Program-made: the position numbers and the translations under genes
Notes under the pieces: model-generated
What the model saw: only the letters and a program-made list of their open reading frames with translations
What the model was told of the DNA's origin: nothing
Databases searched by the model: none
Origin: Enterococcus phage 163
DNA: 24,000 nucleotides
Direction: 5' to 3' (one strand)
Sequence record: CAJDKA010000002.1
Shown here: in pieces, positions 9,526 through 16,783 of the stretch
Layout of the letters: every line of letters starts with the position of its first letter
Numbering within the stretch: position 1 is the first letter of the stretch

Positions 9526-10356
9526 TTAATCTTTTAATTTAATTTTAGGCATAGCTTCAAGAAGTTTATTATTGAACTTTCCAGAAATAACAGCTTCCCC
9601 AAGTTCATTCGTTACCATGGAAATCCAGTAAGGAGACTTCGGTTTCAAACGATTATTGTTAACATCTAAAAATGCTCGGAACAATCGAGGGAAAGAGGTC
9701 ACCCCTACTAGTTTACTAGCAAGGTCATGTGCAATAACTTTCTTAGTGAAACGCTCTGCATTGAATGAGTCTAGCGTATACAACAAGAAATAAACCCCCT
9801 GCAACTGTGTGTTTGACCTAAAATCTGTTGAATCAATAAACTTTTGATAGGACTGAGCAAACTTGACATATTCTTTATAGTTACGGAAACGGAACGCACC
9901 ATCACGTACAACATCTGTTTTTCTTCCTGCTGTACTACTATAGCCTAACGCAGTAGCAATAGTAGAGGACACCCGTAATGCCGGATACGTGGACATCAAG
10001 TTCAATAGTTGTTTATAACTTTGGTACCCTGATTCGGCATACTTATGGATGTAGTCTTCGACCTTCCATGATTTACTTGTACTATTCAATTCTGCAACGT
10101 CAATGTCACTGTCATCGAACGTATAAGTAATAGGTAACCCAAGTTCACGAGCTACAGCTAAACGGTGTTGTCCGTCAATAACTTCCATCTTTCGATTTAC
10201 TTTAATCTCGGTAAGAACCCCACGTTTCGCAATTGAGTCTCGTAAAGCCTTAGAAATTTTAACTGGTCTGTTTCCTTTTAGTTGTTTGAATTTAGACAAG
10301 TCTGCTGTTTCGTAGACCTGTTTTACTGCTTTATCTTGCTTCTTTTCTTTAGACAC
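9526..10356 (-). CDS. ParB/Srx-like nuclease-domain protein
   Basis: ISKALRDSIAKRGVLTEIKVNRKMEVIDGQHRLAVARELGLP resembles the ParB N-terminal domain. Confidence 0.8.
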   Translation of the reverse strand: MSKEKKQDKAVKQVYETADLSKFKQLKGNRPVKISKALRDSIAKRGVLTEIKVNRKMEVIDGQHRLAVARELGLPITYTFDDSDIDVAELNSTSKSWKVEDYIHKYAESGYQSYKQLLNLMSTYPALRVSSTIATALGYSSTAGRKTDVVRDGAFRFRNYKEYVKFAQSYQKFIDSTDFRSNTQLQGVYFLLYTLDSFNAERFTKKVIAHDLASKLVGVTSFPRLFRAFLDVNNNRLKPKSPYWISMVTNELGEAVISGKFNNKLLEAMPKIKLKD

Positions 10357-10374
10357 CTGTCATCTCTCCCTTAA

Positions 10375-10686
10375 TTATTTTTTGTATTGAATGCTTTGAC
10401 TTACCTCAGTAATCTTCTTAACCTTTTTAAATACGTTAGGATAGCATTTTTCTAAGGTATTTCGGTCTACACCAATGCGTTCATAGGCGCTAATAATTTT
10501 GAAAGTTCCGTATTGAGACTCAACTTTTGTTTTCTTAAGTTGAATCATTTGTTCAAGAATTTCTTTTCTAAGTTCATCTCTTTGCTCGTTTAAAGAATCA
10601 AGCAATTCCTGAACACGTTTGTATTCCTTAAAGTTGCGCTCTAATTCTTTTTCTTTTACTTCTGTAGTTGTTAGTCTCATGACCAT
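10375..10686 (-). CDS. Hypothetical coiled-coil protein
   Basis: Heptad-like ELERNFKEYKRVQELLDSLNEQRDELRKEILEQMI. Confidence 0.6.
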   Translation of the reverse strand: MVMRLTTTEVKEKELERNFKEYKRVQELLDSLNEQRDELRKEILEQMIQLKKTKVESQYGTFKIISAYERIGVDRNTLEKCYPNVFKKVKKITEVSQSIQYKK

Positions 10687-10780
10687 CTCTCCCTTTATTT
10701 ACTATACTCAAAGTATATCATTACATATTATAAAAGTCAACACCTATCTTACAAAAAATTGCCAAAAAAATATTTGGCAA

Positions 10781-11011
10781 TCAGTTTTTGTCATCAGGTT
10801 CTAATAGCTTGTCCGCAGGCATATCAAAAATCCGAGCTAATTTAGCTTGATTATTTGCTCTGGGTTTTTTGATTCCATGCTCCCAATAGGATACGGTTGA
10901 CCAGTGTACACCTAGTTTTTTAGCTACAGAACGCAAGGATTCATGCTTTTCTTCACGAACACGTTTCAGCACCAAGGGTTTTGGCTTGCTTTCCACGATT
11001 CTCCCCTCCAT
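10781..11011 (-). CDS. XRE-family HTH regulator
   Basis: LRSVAKKLGVHWSTVSYWEHGIKKPRANNQAKLARIFDMPADKL. Confidence 0.85.
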   Translation of the reverse strand: MEGRIVESKPKPLVLKRVREEKHESLRSVAKKLGVHWSTVSYWEHGIKKPRANNQAKLARIFDMPADKLLEPDDKN

Positions 11012-11054
11012 TCTATATGTAACTACAGCCCCGGGTTTTCCTAGGGCAAGTAGA

Positions 11055-12590
11055 TTATTTAAGCGCTTCTTTTACAAAGTCGTATTCTGGTTTATTTAAC
11101 ACAGACAACATCATTTCTTCTGGGGAAGTAATTTCTCCGCCCAACACTTGTGTTAAGATGTTTGTGGAGAACCCAGATACTAACGCAACCCCACCTTCGT
11201 CAAACCGCACTGGTACATTATCATGACGAGATTGTACATTCCAGAAAATAATAGCAGGTAACTCGTAGCCATGATTTGCAAACTCCTGTTTTGCTTGCTC
11301 AAAGTTTGTTCTTTGTCCTCGTTCACAAGCAGTATTAAATTCCATATCACTGATAATAATAATCTTGGATGGTAGTTCTTCTTGCGGTGTGTTATGCTTA
11401 ATCGCAGTATCAAGAATCAATCGGAACACTGCTTGAATATTAGTAGAATAGCCAACTCTTGCACGGTTATATACTCTCATACGGTCATACACAGTATCCT
11501 GTGGATTCAAATATACTAAACTAGGTTCTGATGCAAATGTAATGAAGTGATTAGCGAAAGTACCGTTTAATTTTTCAGCCGTGTATAATGCCAAACCTTG
11601 CGCAACATCCCAAGGGTAAACCCCGTTCGTTTGTGTCCAAGTCATTGAACTAGAAGAATCAGCAACTACAATTGCGTTATCTTCCACATCCTTAATAACA
11701 TCATCTAAAGACTGCCAAGTAGCTTCTAAAGAGCGATTTACACCCTGACCTGCACGTGATTTACGGTATGCTCCTGTAATCTCGTGAGGTAATACCAAAC
11801 TTGCATTAAGCTTTCCTTCACCCGACTCCACCTTTTCCATAAGCGCTTCATATTCATCTGGCATGTGTAATTGCAAAGCTTTACGGTATTTGAATAATGC
11901 TTTAGAGGATACTTGGTTCAAATCAATCTTATGGTATTCCTTGCTTGCTAACCGAACTTCAATTACATTTAAGTAATCACGTAATTTAGCAATCATTTTA
12001 CGATAACGAGTTAGACCTGCTTTGCCTTCAAAACCTAAATAGTTAGCAATACGAGCACCTTGATTACGTTTCTTACTATTTGGAGAACTTACATTAGCTA
12101 ACCATTTACCTAGTAATGAAACAGGTTTACCCTCTGACATATTTTTAATATCTGATGTTAGTTGGTTCCCGATGATACGTGCACCTTCTGTATCCACAAA
12201 GTGGATACTACGTTTGTGTGCGTATTCCATTGTTTCAAATAAGTCTGTCCAACGACCAACATATGCCATGTACTCCATTAAAGTAACGATTACTTGCTTG
12301 TTTTGGTTACGACCATCCACTAAGTATTTGATTGCTTCTAGGTAAGCGGAACGTTCACCCAATCCACCTAAACGGATATTACGTAAGTGTACCAAATTTC
12401 GTAATGCTAACTCTGGGTTTTCAGCATAAGCTTTAGAAAACATGTTTCGTACATCTTCTAAACGACCACGCATAGCCCCTGCTTGTGCAAAGAAGTCTAA
12501 GTTAGCGTTTAAAGTTGATGTGTAAGTTTTAGCTCCATTTTCTGTATGTCCAACAGTTGTTTCTTCTTTTAGGTTGTCTAAAAATGACAT
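11055..12590 (-). CDS. rsr: TROVE-domain protein (Ro60/Rsr-like, with C-terminal vWA-like MIDAS DSSSSM)
   Basis: HEAT-like N-terminal half (LRNIRLGGLGERSAYLEAIKYL), IVVADSSSSMTW MIDAS, IIIISDMEF; aaaggagagatgtcagATG ribosome-binding context. Confidence 0.85.
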   Translation of the reverse strand: MSFLDNLKEETTVGHTENGAKTYTSTLNANLDFFAQAGAMRGRLEDVRNMFSKAYAENPELALRNLVHLRNIRLGGLGERSAYLEAIKYLVDGRNQNKQVIVTLMEYMAYVGRWTDLFETMEYAHKRSIHFVDTEGARIIGNQLTSDIKNMSEGKPVSLLGKWLANVSSPNSKKRNQGARIANYLGFEGKAGLTRYRKMIAKLRDYLNVIEVRLASKEYHKIDLNQVSSKALFKYRKALQLHMPDEYEALMEKVESGEGKLNASLVLPHEITGAYRKSRAGQGVNRSLEATWQSLDDVIKDVEDNAIVVADSSSSMTWTQTNGVYPWDVAQGLALYTAEKLNGTFANHFITFASEPSLVYLNPQDTVYDRMRVYNRARVGYSTNIQAVFRLILDTAIKHNTPQEELPSKIIIISDMEFNTACERGQRTNFEQAKQEFANHGYELPAIIFWNVQSRHDNVPVRFDEGGVALVSGFSTNILTQVLGGEITSPEEMMLSVLNKPEYDFVKEALK

Positions 12591-12631
12591 CTGACATCTC
12601 TCCTTTGTATGATAGTATTTTATCTAACACC

Positions 12632-12660
12632 ACTATAACATGTAATATTATGTAAGTCAA
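12632..12660 (-). promoter_or_regulatory. Promoter for the TROVE gene
   Basis: Minus strand TTGACT - 17 nt - TATAGT. Confidence 0.65.
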
Positions 12661-12675
12661 CGCCTTTTATAAATA

Positions 12676-12703
12676 AAAAACCCATCCATTTAAGAATGAG
12701 TTT
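12676..12703 (-). terminator. Rho-independent terminator of the tRNA-like/Y-RNA-like array
   Basis: Minus strand AACTCAT..ATGGGTT stem followed by TTTTTT. Confidence 0.6.
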
Positions 12704-12772
12704 TTTCATCTTAACCAGTAGTTAAGCGGGGGGGGGCGCAACACCTTTTATTTAACTTGTCATTATAATATC

Positions 12773-12836
12773 AAGAACCGCAGGCTTAATTAAATTCAAT
12801 AGTTTTAATTTGTTAGTTGATTGCTGTAGGGTTCTT
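12773..12836 (-). ncRNA. Third array element: closing helix like its neighbours but no tRNA-like core
   Basis: AAGAACC (12830-12836) pairs with GGTTCTT (12773-12779); shares the AAGAAC-N-ACAGC motif with the two upstream elements. Confidence 0.4.
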
Positions 12837-12900
12837 TATGCTCTGGCAACCTAAGAGGTTAGAGCTATGGCAAATTGCCAAAACCTTTTTAATATGTAAC

Positions 12901-13018
12901 AAGAATCTATTTTATACGTTGCTCTACCAACTGAGCTACAGGAGGAATCATCCTCCCGGCAGGACTCGAACCTGCGACCCACGGCTCCATAGGCAATAAA
13001 AATCGCTGTTAGATTCTT
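12901..13018 (-). ncRNA. tRNA-like RNA with reversed halves (Y-RNA-like or permuted tRNA), element 2
   Basis: On the minus strand the T-arm GCAGG-TTCGAGT-CCTGC and acceptor 3' strand CGGGAGG come first, then cap ATGATT, then acceptor 5' strand CCTCCTG and D-arm GCTCAGTTGGTAGAGC. Outer helix AAGAATCTA / TAGATTCTT. Confidence 0.75.
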
Positions 13019-13081
13019 TATGTTCCGGCACCCATTAAGGATGGAACTATAGCTATACTAAAACCGTTTTATTTATGTAAC

Positions 13082-13203
13082 AAGAACGCATTAACTTTAA
13101 GCTTTACCAATTAAGCTATACCACCAAGGGTGGCAGTTGGATTCGAACCAACAACTCACATTTTTCAGATGTATTAGTTTTAAAAGTTTGCTGTGGCGTT
13201 CTT
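13082..13203 (-). ncRNA. tRNA-like RNA with reversed halves, element 1; contains a tRNA-Phe-like anticodon arm (TACAT-CTGAAAA-ATGTG)
   Basis: Minus strand T-arm GTTGG-TTCGAAT-CCAAC, acceptor TGCCACC, cap CTT, acceptor GGTGGTA, D-arm GCTTAATTGGTAAAGC. Outer helix AAGAACGC / GCGTTCTT. Confidence 0.75.
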
Positions 13204-13267
13204 TATGTTCCGGCTACCTGTTAGGTTGGAACTATGACATATGTCAAAACCTTTTTATCTTATCTTT

Positions 13268-13296
13268 ATAATAGCATAAGCTATTTAAACTGTCAA
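13268..13296 (-). promoter_or_regulatory. Promoter driving the tRNA-like array
   Basis: Minus strand TTGACA - 17 nt - TATTAT. Confidence 0.75.
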
Positions 13297-13320
13297 GTAT
13301 TAGTTTAAATATATTGAAAC

Positions 13321-13545
13321 TTATTTAAAAGCTCCAATATATTTAACAGTACCTTTGCATTTACGTGCAAAAGCTTCTAGCTCTTTACGAGCACCTAAAC
13401 GGTCTGGTTGAGAAGACTGTACTGTAACTTCTTTTGGTACAGTAATTTCACGAGTTTTCTTAACTGTCTTTCCGTTTTTTAACTTTTGTTCATACTCTTC
13501 TGTACGAGTAGAAGTTGTTGAAATAATTCCATAAAATTTAGACAT
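13321..13545 (-). CDS. Small hypothetical protein
   Basis: ORF track. Confidence 0.6.
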   Translation of the reverse strand: MSKFYGIISTTSTRTEEYEQKLKNGKTVKKTREITVPKEVTVQSSQPDRLGARKELEAFARKCKGTVKYIGAFK

Positions 13546-13575
13546 GTTATGTGACCTCCGGTCATTTTATTTTAA

Positions 13576-13657
13576 TGGGGAGTGATGGAGTTGCACCACC
13601 CGAGCTTTCGCAACTGATTTACAGTCAGCCCCGCTACTACTTACGGTATAACTCCCC
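13576..13657 (-). tRNA. tRNA-Tyr(GUA)
   Basis: Acceptor GGGGAGT/ACTCCCC; anticodon loop CTGTAAA; long variable arm. Confidence 0.9.
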
Positions 13658-13853
13658 GTATAAGTATGTATATATTAATACAATGTACAAGAACTTTTAG
13701 TGAGGTAGCTCTCATAGTGTATTAATGGGGTACATTGTGTAACTTCAACCAGTATTGCCTCACACGTGACTAGCCTTATATATACAATGCCTACATACAA
13801 CCCGATAGACCGCCCTTGGTACGCATATTAAGAGGCGCAGGGTGATACGAATA

Positions 13854-13924
13854 TATGGATTGCAGGATTCGAACCCGCACCTTTTTGACGGAAGTCAAAG
13901 ATACTACCCTTATACTAAATCCAC
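13854..13924 (-). tRNA. tRNA-Gly(UCC), non-canonical anticodon arm
   Basis: Acceptor GTGGATT/AATCCAT; T-arm GCGGG-TTCGAAT-CCTGC; anticodon region TTTGAC-TTCC-GTCAAA. Confidence 0.7.
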
Positions 13925-14048
13925 ATAGTGTTAATAGGCGGGTACCCGACAGCGAAGTATCATTCCTGTCTTGTCATTCTCCTATTAACTCCATAATACC
14001 TTGCCTAGAGTTGAGCTAGGACTCATTTTAACCAAGGATATTTGTTAT

Positions 14049-14149
14049 AGAAGTTTGAATATTAGGTTTTTCTGTTGCCTACCAACCATGCTAGTCTCTT
14101 AACCTAGCTTGAGTATTGGGTTTTTCTGTTGCCCACCAACTAAACTTCT
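14049..14149 (-). ncRNA. Tandem H-type pseudoknots enclosed by a closing helix
   Basis: 30-nt direct repeat (14057-14086, 14111-14140); closing stem AGAAGTTT/AAACTTCT. Confidence 0.6.
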
Positions 14150-14151
14150 AA

Positions 14152-14224
14152 TCGGGAAAGCAGGACTTGAACCTACGACCCCACGCTCCCAAAGCGTGTG
14201 CGCTACCAACTGCGCTATTTCCCG
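14152..14224 (-). tRNA. tRNA-Pro(UGG)
   Basis: Acceptor CGGGAAA/TTTCCCG; anticodon loop TTTGGGA. Confidence 0.93.
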
Positions 14225-14237
14225 TTAACTTATACAT

Positions 14238-14265
14238 ATATTATAACACAAACTTACATGCTGTC
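14238..14265 (-). promoter_or_regulatory. Promoter upstream of tRNA-Pro
   Basis: Minus strand TTGACA - 16 nt - TATAAT. Confidence 0.7.
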
Positions 14266-14292
14266 AACAACTATTTGTAAGTTTTTTTAATT

Positions 14293-14388
14293 TATCCATT
14301 CGGGACAGTGTGCTTTAACCATTCAGCCACCCGCAGGGGCAACCCGCAGGACGGGAATCGAACCCGTATAACACTGTCCTATTGGATA
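14293..14388 (-). ncRNA. Third reversed-half tRNA-like RNA, closest to the Y RNA architecture
   Basis: Minus strand T-arm ACGGG-TTCGATT-CCCGT, acceptor CCTGCGG, cap GTTGCCC, acceptor CTGCGGG, D-arm; outer helices GGACAGTGT/ACACTGTCC and TATCCA/TGGATA. Confidence 0.75.
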
Positions 14389-14544
14389 GGCTTGTGTACC
14401 TGTCATCTTCCGATTACACACACCTAGTCTAGTTACCGTACCAATAGATTTGACAGGAATCTAGGGTAACGCCCAATATGGTGTTAATTCACCTCGTATT
14501 CTGTTACAGGTTTGCAACCCTGAACAAGGATGATCAATCCTAAT

Positions 14545-14611
14545 GATATGCGAGGGGATTTGAACCCCTATCTACTTCATAGGTCACTTTATCCACTTAA
14601 GCTACGCATAC
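14545..14611 (-). tRNA. tRNA-like gene with truncated anticodon arm (67 nt)
   Basis: Acceptor GTATGCG/CGCATAT, D-arm and T-arm intact; only 16 nt between D-stem and T-stem. Confidence 0.5.
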
Positions 14612-14668
14612 CTATTTAATTTCTAGCTAAGTAACTAAATTCACTGCACCTTGCGCAGAGTACAGCTA

Positions 14669-14741
14669 TGGAGCATAGCGGACTTGAACCGCTGACATCT
14701 ACCTTGCAAAAGTAGCGCTCTCCCAACTGAGCTAATGCCCC
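14669..14741 (-). tRNA. tRNA-Ala(UGC)
   Basis: Acceptor GGGGCAT/ATGCTCC; loop TTTGCAA. Confidence 0.93.
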
Positions 14742-14749
14742 GTGTAAAA

Positions 14750-14822
14750 CACCTCCGCTGAGATTTGAACTCAGAATGCGGGATTAGAAATCCTGTGGTT
14801 TATCCAATTAGCCTACGGAGAT
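14750..14822 (-). tRNA. tRNA-Arg(UCU)
   Basis: Acceptor ATCTCCG/CGGAGGT; anticodon TCT in loop. Confidence 0.9.
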
Positions 14823-14830
14823 ATAATTGT

Positions 14831-15199
14831 TTACAGATAAGGTACTCCTGTAAACAATTCAATTGCTTCAATTTCAGTATGGAAGTTTTCCCATTCTAAA
14901 CATTCATAGAAATCTTGTAAGATATGCTTGTCTTTCCTGTAAACAGTCTCACCTTTATGGGCTTTCTCACAGATTTCGCTAACAGCATCCACATTATATT
15001 TACCACCAGTTTTATACTGTTCTAAACCAGAATCTAGTAAAACTCGTTGTACTTCTTCACTCTTATCTCCTGCTTTCCAAGAGTCAAAAGCTTTATCATA
15101 CAATGTATCTTCCATGTTTTCACCTTCTACTTCCATGATTGATTGAATAAATCTTTGCCACTTAGAAGGCTCTTTGTGTTTACCTTTACGAAAACTCAT
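14831..15199 (-). CDS. Hypothetical protein
   Basis: ORF track; sits between tRNA genes. Confidence 0.65.
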   Translation of the reverse strand: MSFRKGKHKEPSKWQRFIQSIMEVEGENMEDTLYDKAFDSWKAGDKSEEVQRVLLDSGLEQYKTGGKYNVDAVSEICEKAHKGETVYRKDKHILQDFYECLEWENFHTEIEAIELFTGVPYL

Positions 15200-15225
15200 T
15201 ATTAGCCTCCATTATCTTTAATGAA

Positions 15226-15312
15226 CCGAGGAGGAGGGATTCGAACCCCCAAACGCTTTTACACGTCTACATGATTTCAAATCACGCTGAATACCAGTTA
15301 TGATACTCCTCG
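15226..15312 (-). tRNA. tRNA-Ser(UGA)
   Basis: Acceptor CGAGGAG/CTCCTCG, long variable arm, anticodon TGA. Confidence 0.92.
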
Positions 15313-15409
15313 AAAAAGAAACTGATTGACTAGTACTGTTAGTTGACTAGTCAACCGGAACTACTTAAACCGAACTCTTTAAACAGCTTTAGTAGTTTAT
15401 ATTTCAAAT

Positions 15410-15495
15410 GGAAGGCATGGGATTCGAACCCACACATGCTGTTACACATCTACTTGGTTTCCAACCAAGCCTCTTTACCGTTTGAGTAACCTTCC
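15410..15495 (-). tRNA. tRNA-Ser(GGA)
   Basis: Acceptor GGAAGGT/GCCTTCC; CTTGG-TTGGAAA-CCAAG; long variable arm. Confidence 0.92.
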
Positions 15496-15590
15496 GTCTT
15501 GGGAGCAGGCGGGTTTGTGTCAAGTACACAATACCTAATCTTCTGTGCATGTTGTTCCCTAGGCTTTATGCACACCCTACTATCTGCATA

Positions 15591-15776
15591 CTAACAGACC
15601 TGCCAATTTTCTAACACTTTTTCTAATGCTTCGTATGGACACATTACTGTCTTACCGTGAACACCATGTATTCTCAAAATAATATAATGTTCATTTATCT
15701 CAGAGGTAACAAAGTATATCTTGTCTTTCACTAAACCTAAACTTCCGTTTAAACCAATGAATTTTAAATACATCAT
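15591..15776 (-). CDS. Small hypothetical protein
   Basis: ORF track; aggggg ribosome-binding context. Confidence 0.55.
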   Translation of the reverse strand: MMYLKFIGLNGSLGLVKDKIYFVTSEINEHYIILRIHGVHGKTVMCPYEALEKVLENWQVC

Positions 15777-15939
15777 GTTACCCCCTAATTATGTATAACC
15801 CATGAAGCATCATGGGGGGACTGTAGTATGCCCAACCTGCGGGGATGCTCCGCTCTGAATCCGTAGAAATCAGCCACAATTCGATATTTATTTAGTGAAA
15901 AAATTAGATAGGATTCGACTGCTTGACAAAGGCAGTCTA

Positions 15940-16287
15940 TGGAGTAGACGGGACTCGAACCCGTGTCCTAACGTAGAACCATACAAAATTCTACGGGCGT
16001 AGTTACTAGTTTTAATCTACGTTAAGGTTACAACTAATAACTGAAATTACCTTAACTGAGTGGTAAAGCCTCTCCTGAGTTATCCACTTTTACCTCAGCG
16101 TTGTCGGTTGATGAGTCCTCTAGGTAGAACCGACCCTAGTCTAGAGGGGTAAGTGTGTAGCTAGTCTAAAACTAGGCTACAGCTAATAATTCTTCGTTTT
16201 TAGCAGTTATATTTACTGCGATGATTAAGTCATCACTCTGCCCGCTATTCATATACTCCTTACGCCAGTCGAAACCAAAACTACCCC
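15940..16287 (-). ncRNA. ssrA: tmRNA (348 nt), tag reading frame AVNITAKNEELLAVA* at 16172-16219
   Basis: Acceptor GGGGTAG/CTACTCC, 5' GGTTTCGACTGG, T-arm ACGGG-TTCGAGT-CCCGT, multiple pseudoknot-like stems, GCA-initiated tag frame ending TAG. Confidence 0.9.
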
Positions 16288-16520
16288 AACATAAGAATTT
16301 CTTTTGACTAACCCTACCCTTCCGGCAGGGTCTAATCAAAAGTATACAATTAAAAAAATGAAAATGAGTTACGGAAAATGTAACGTCTCCACCACCGGAC
16401 TATAAGGGTAAGTTGTTCCGGTCTTTAACCTAAGTACTTTACTTAAATCTAACAGGACAGTCTTCATTACGTAAACTACTTAACCATGTAAAACGTAAAG
16501 GTCAATTTCCGTTGACCTAA

Positions 16521-16605
16521 TACAAGAGGAGGGATTCGAACCCTCACGCCCATCACAGGCATGGCATTCTAAGTGCCACATGTCTACCAATTCCAACACT
16601 CTCGC
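16521..16605 (-). tRNA. tRNA-Leu(UAG)
   Basis: Acceptor GCGAGAG/CTCTTGT; TGGCA-CTTAGAA-TGCCA; long variable arm. Confidence 0.92.
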
Positions 16606-16783
16606 ATAATCACTTTTTAAACTAGATTATTTATGATTTCCCACTTCTGAAAAAAATACCACTTTATATATCAACATTTTTCTTATGAATGGGTTAAGAT
16701 ATGTTTTAACGAAAAAGAGGCTAAAAGAGTATTTCCTCAAAATTTTTTGTCAAGTTAATCTAGTAAGGAAAAGTGTAACCTTA

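Noticed and set aside
12817-12999. + strand ORF ending HPPGRTRTCDPRLHRQ
   Set aside because: Antisense of tRNA-like T-arm and D-arm sequences, not a protein gene.
12773-13265. Group I or group II intron, or CRISPR-type repeats
   Set aside because: The three repeats differ in primary sequence with compensatory changes, spacers are tRNA-like, and no group I P/Q/R/S core or group II domain V was recognised. A permuted intron-exon arrangement is not fully excluded.
13681-13738. GTTCTTGTAC motif resembling the 5' end of the array spacer (possible fourth permuted element)
   Set aside because: There is a CAATGTAC/GTACATTG hairpin, but no matching AAGAAC partner or tRNA-like halves around it.
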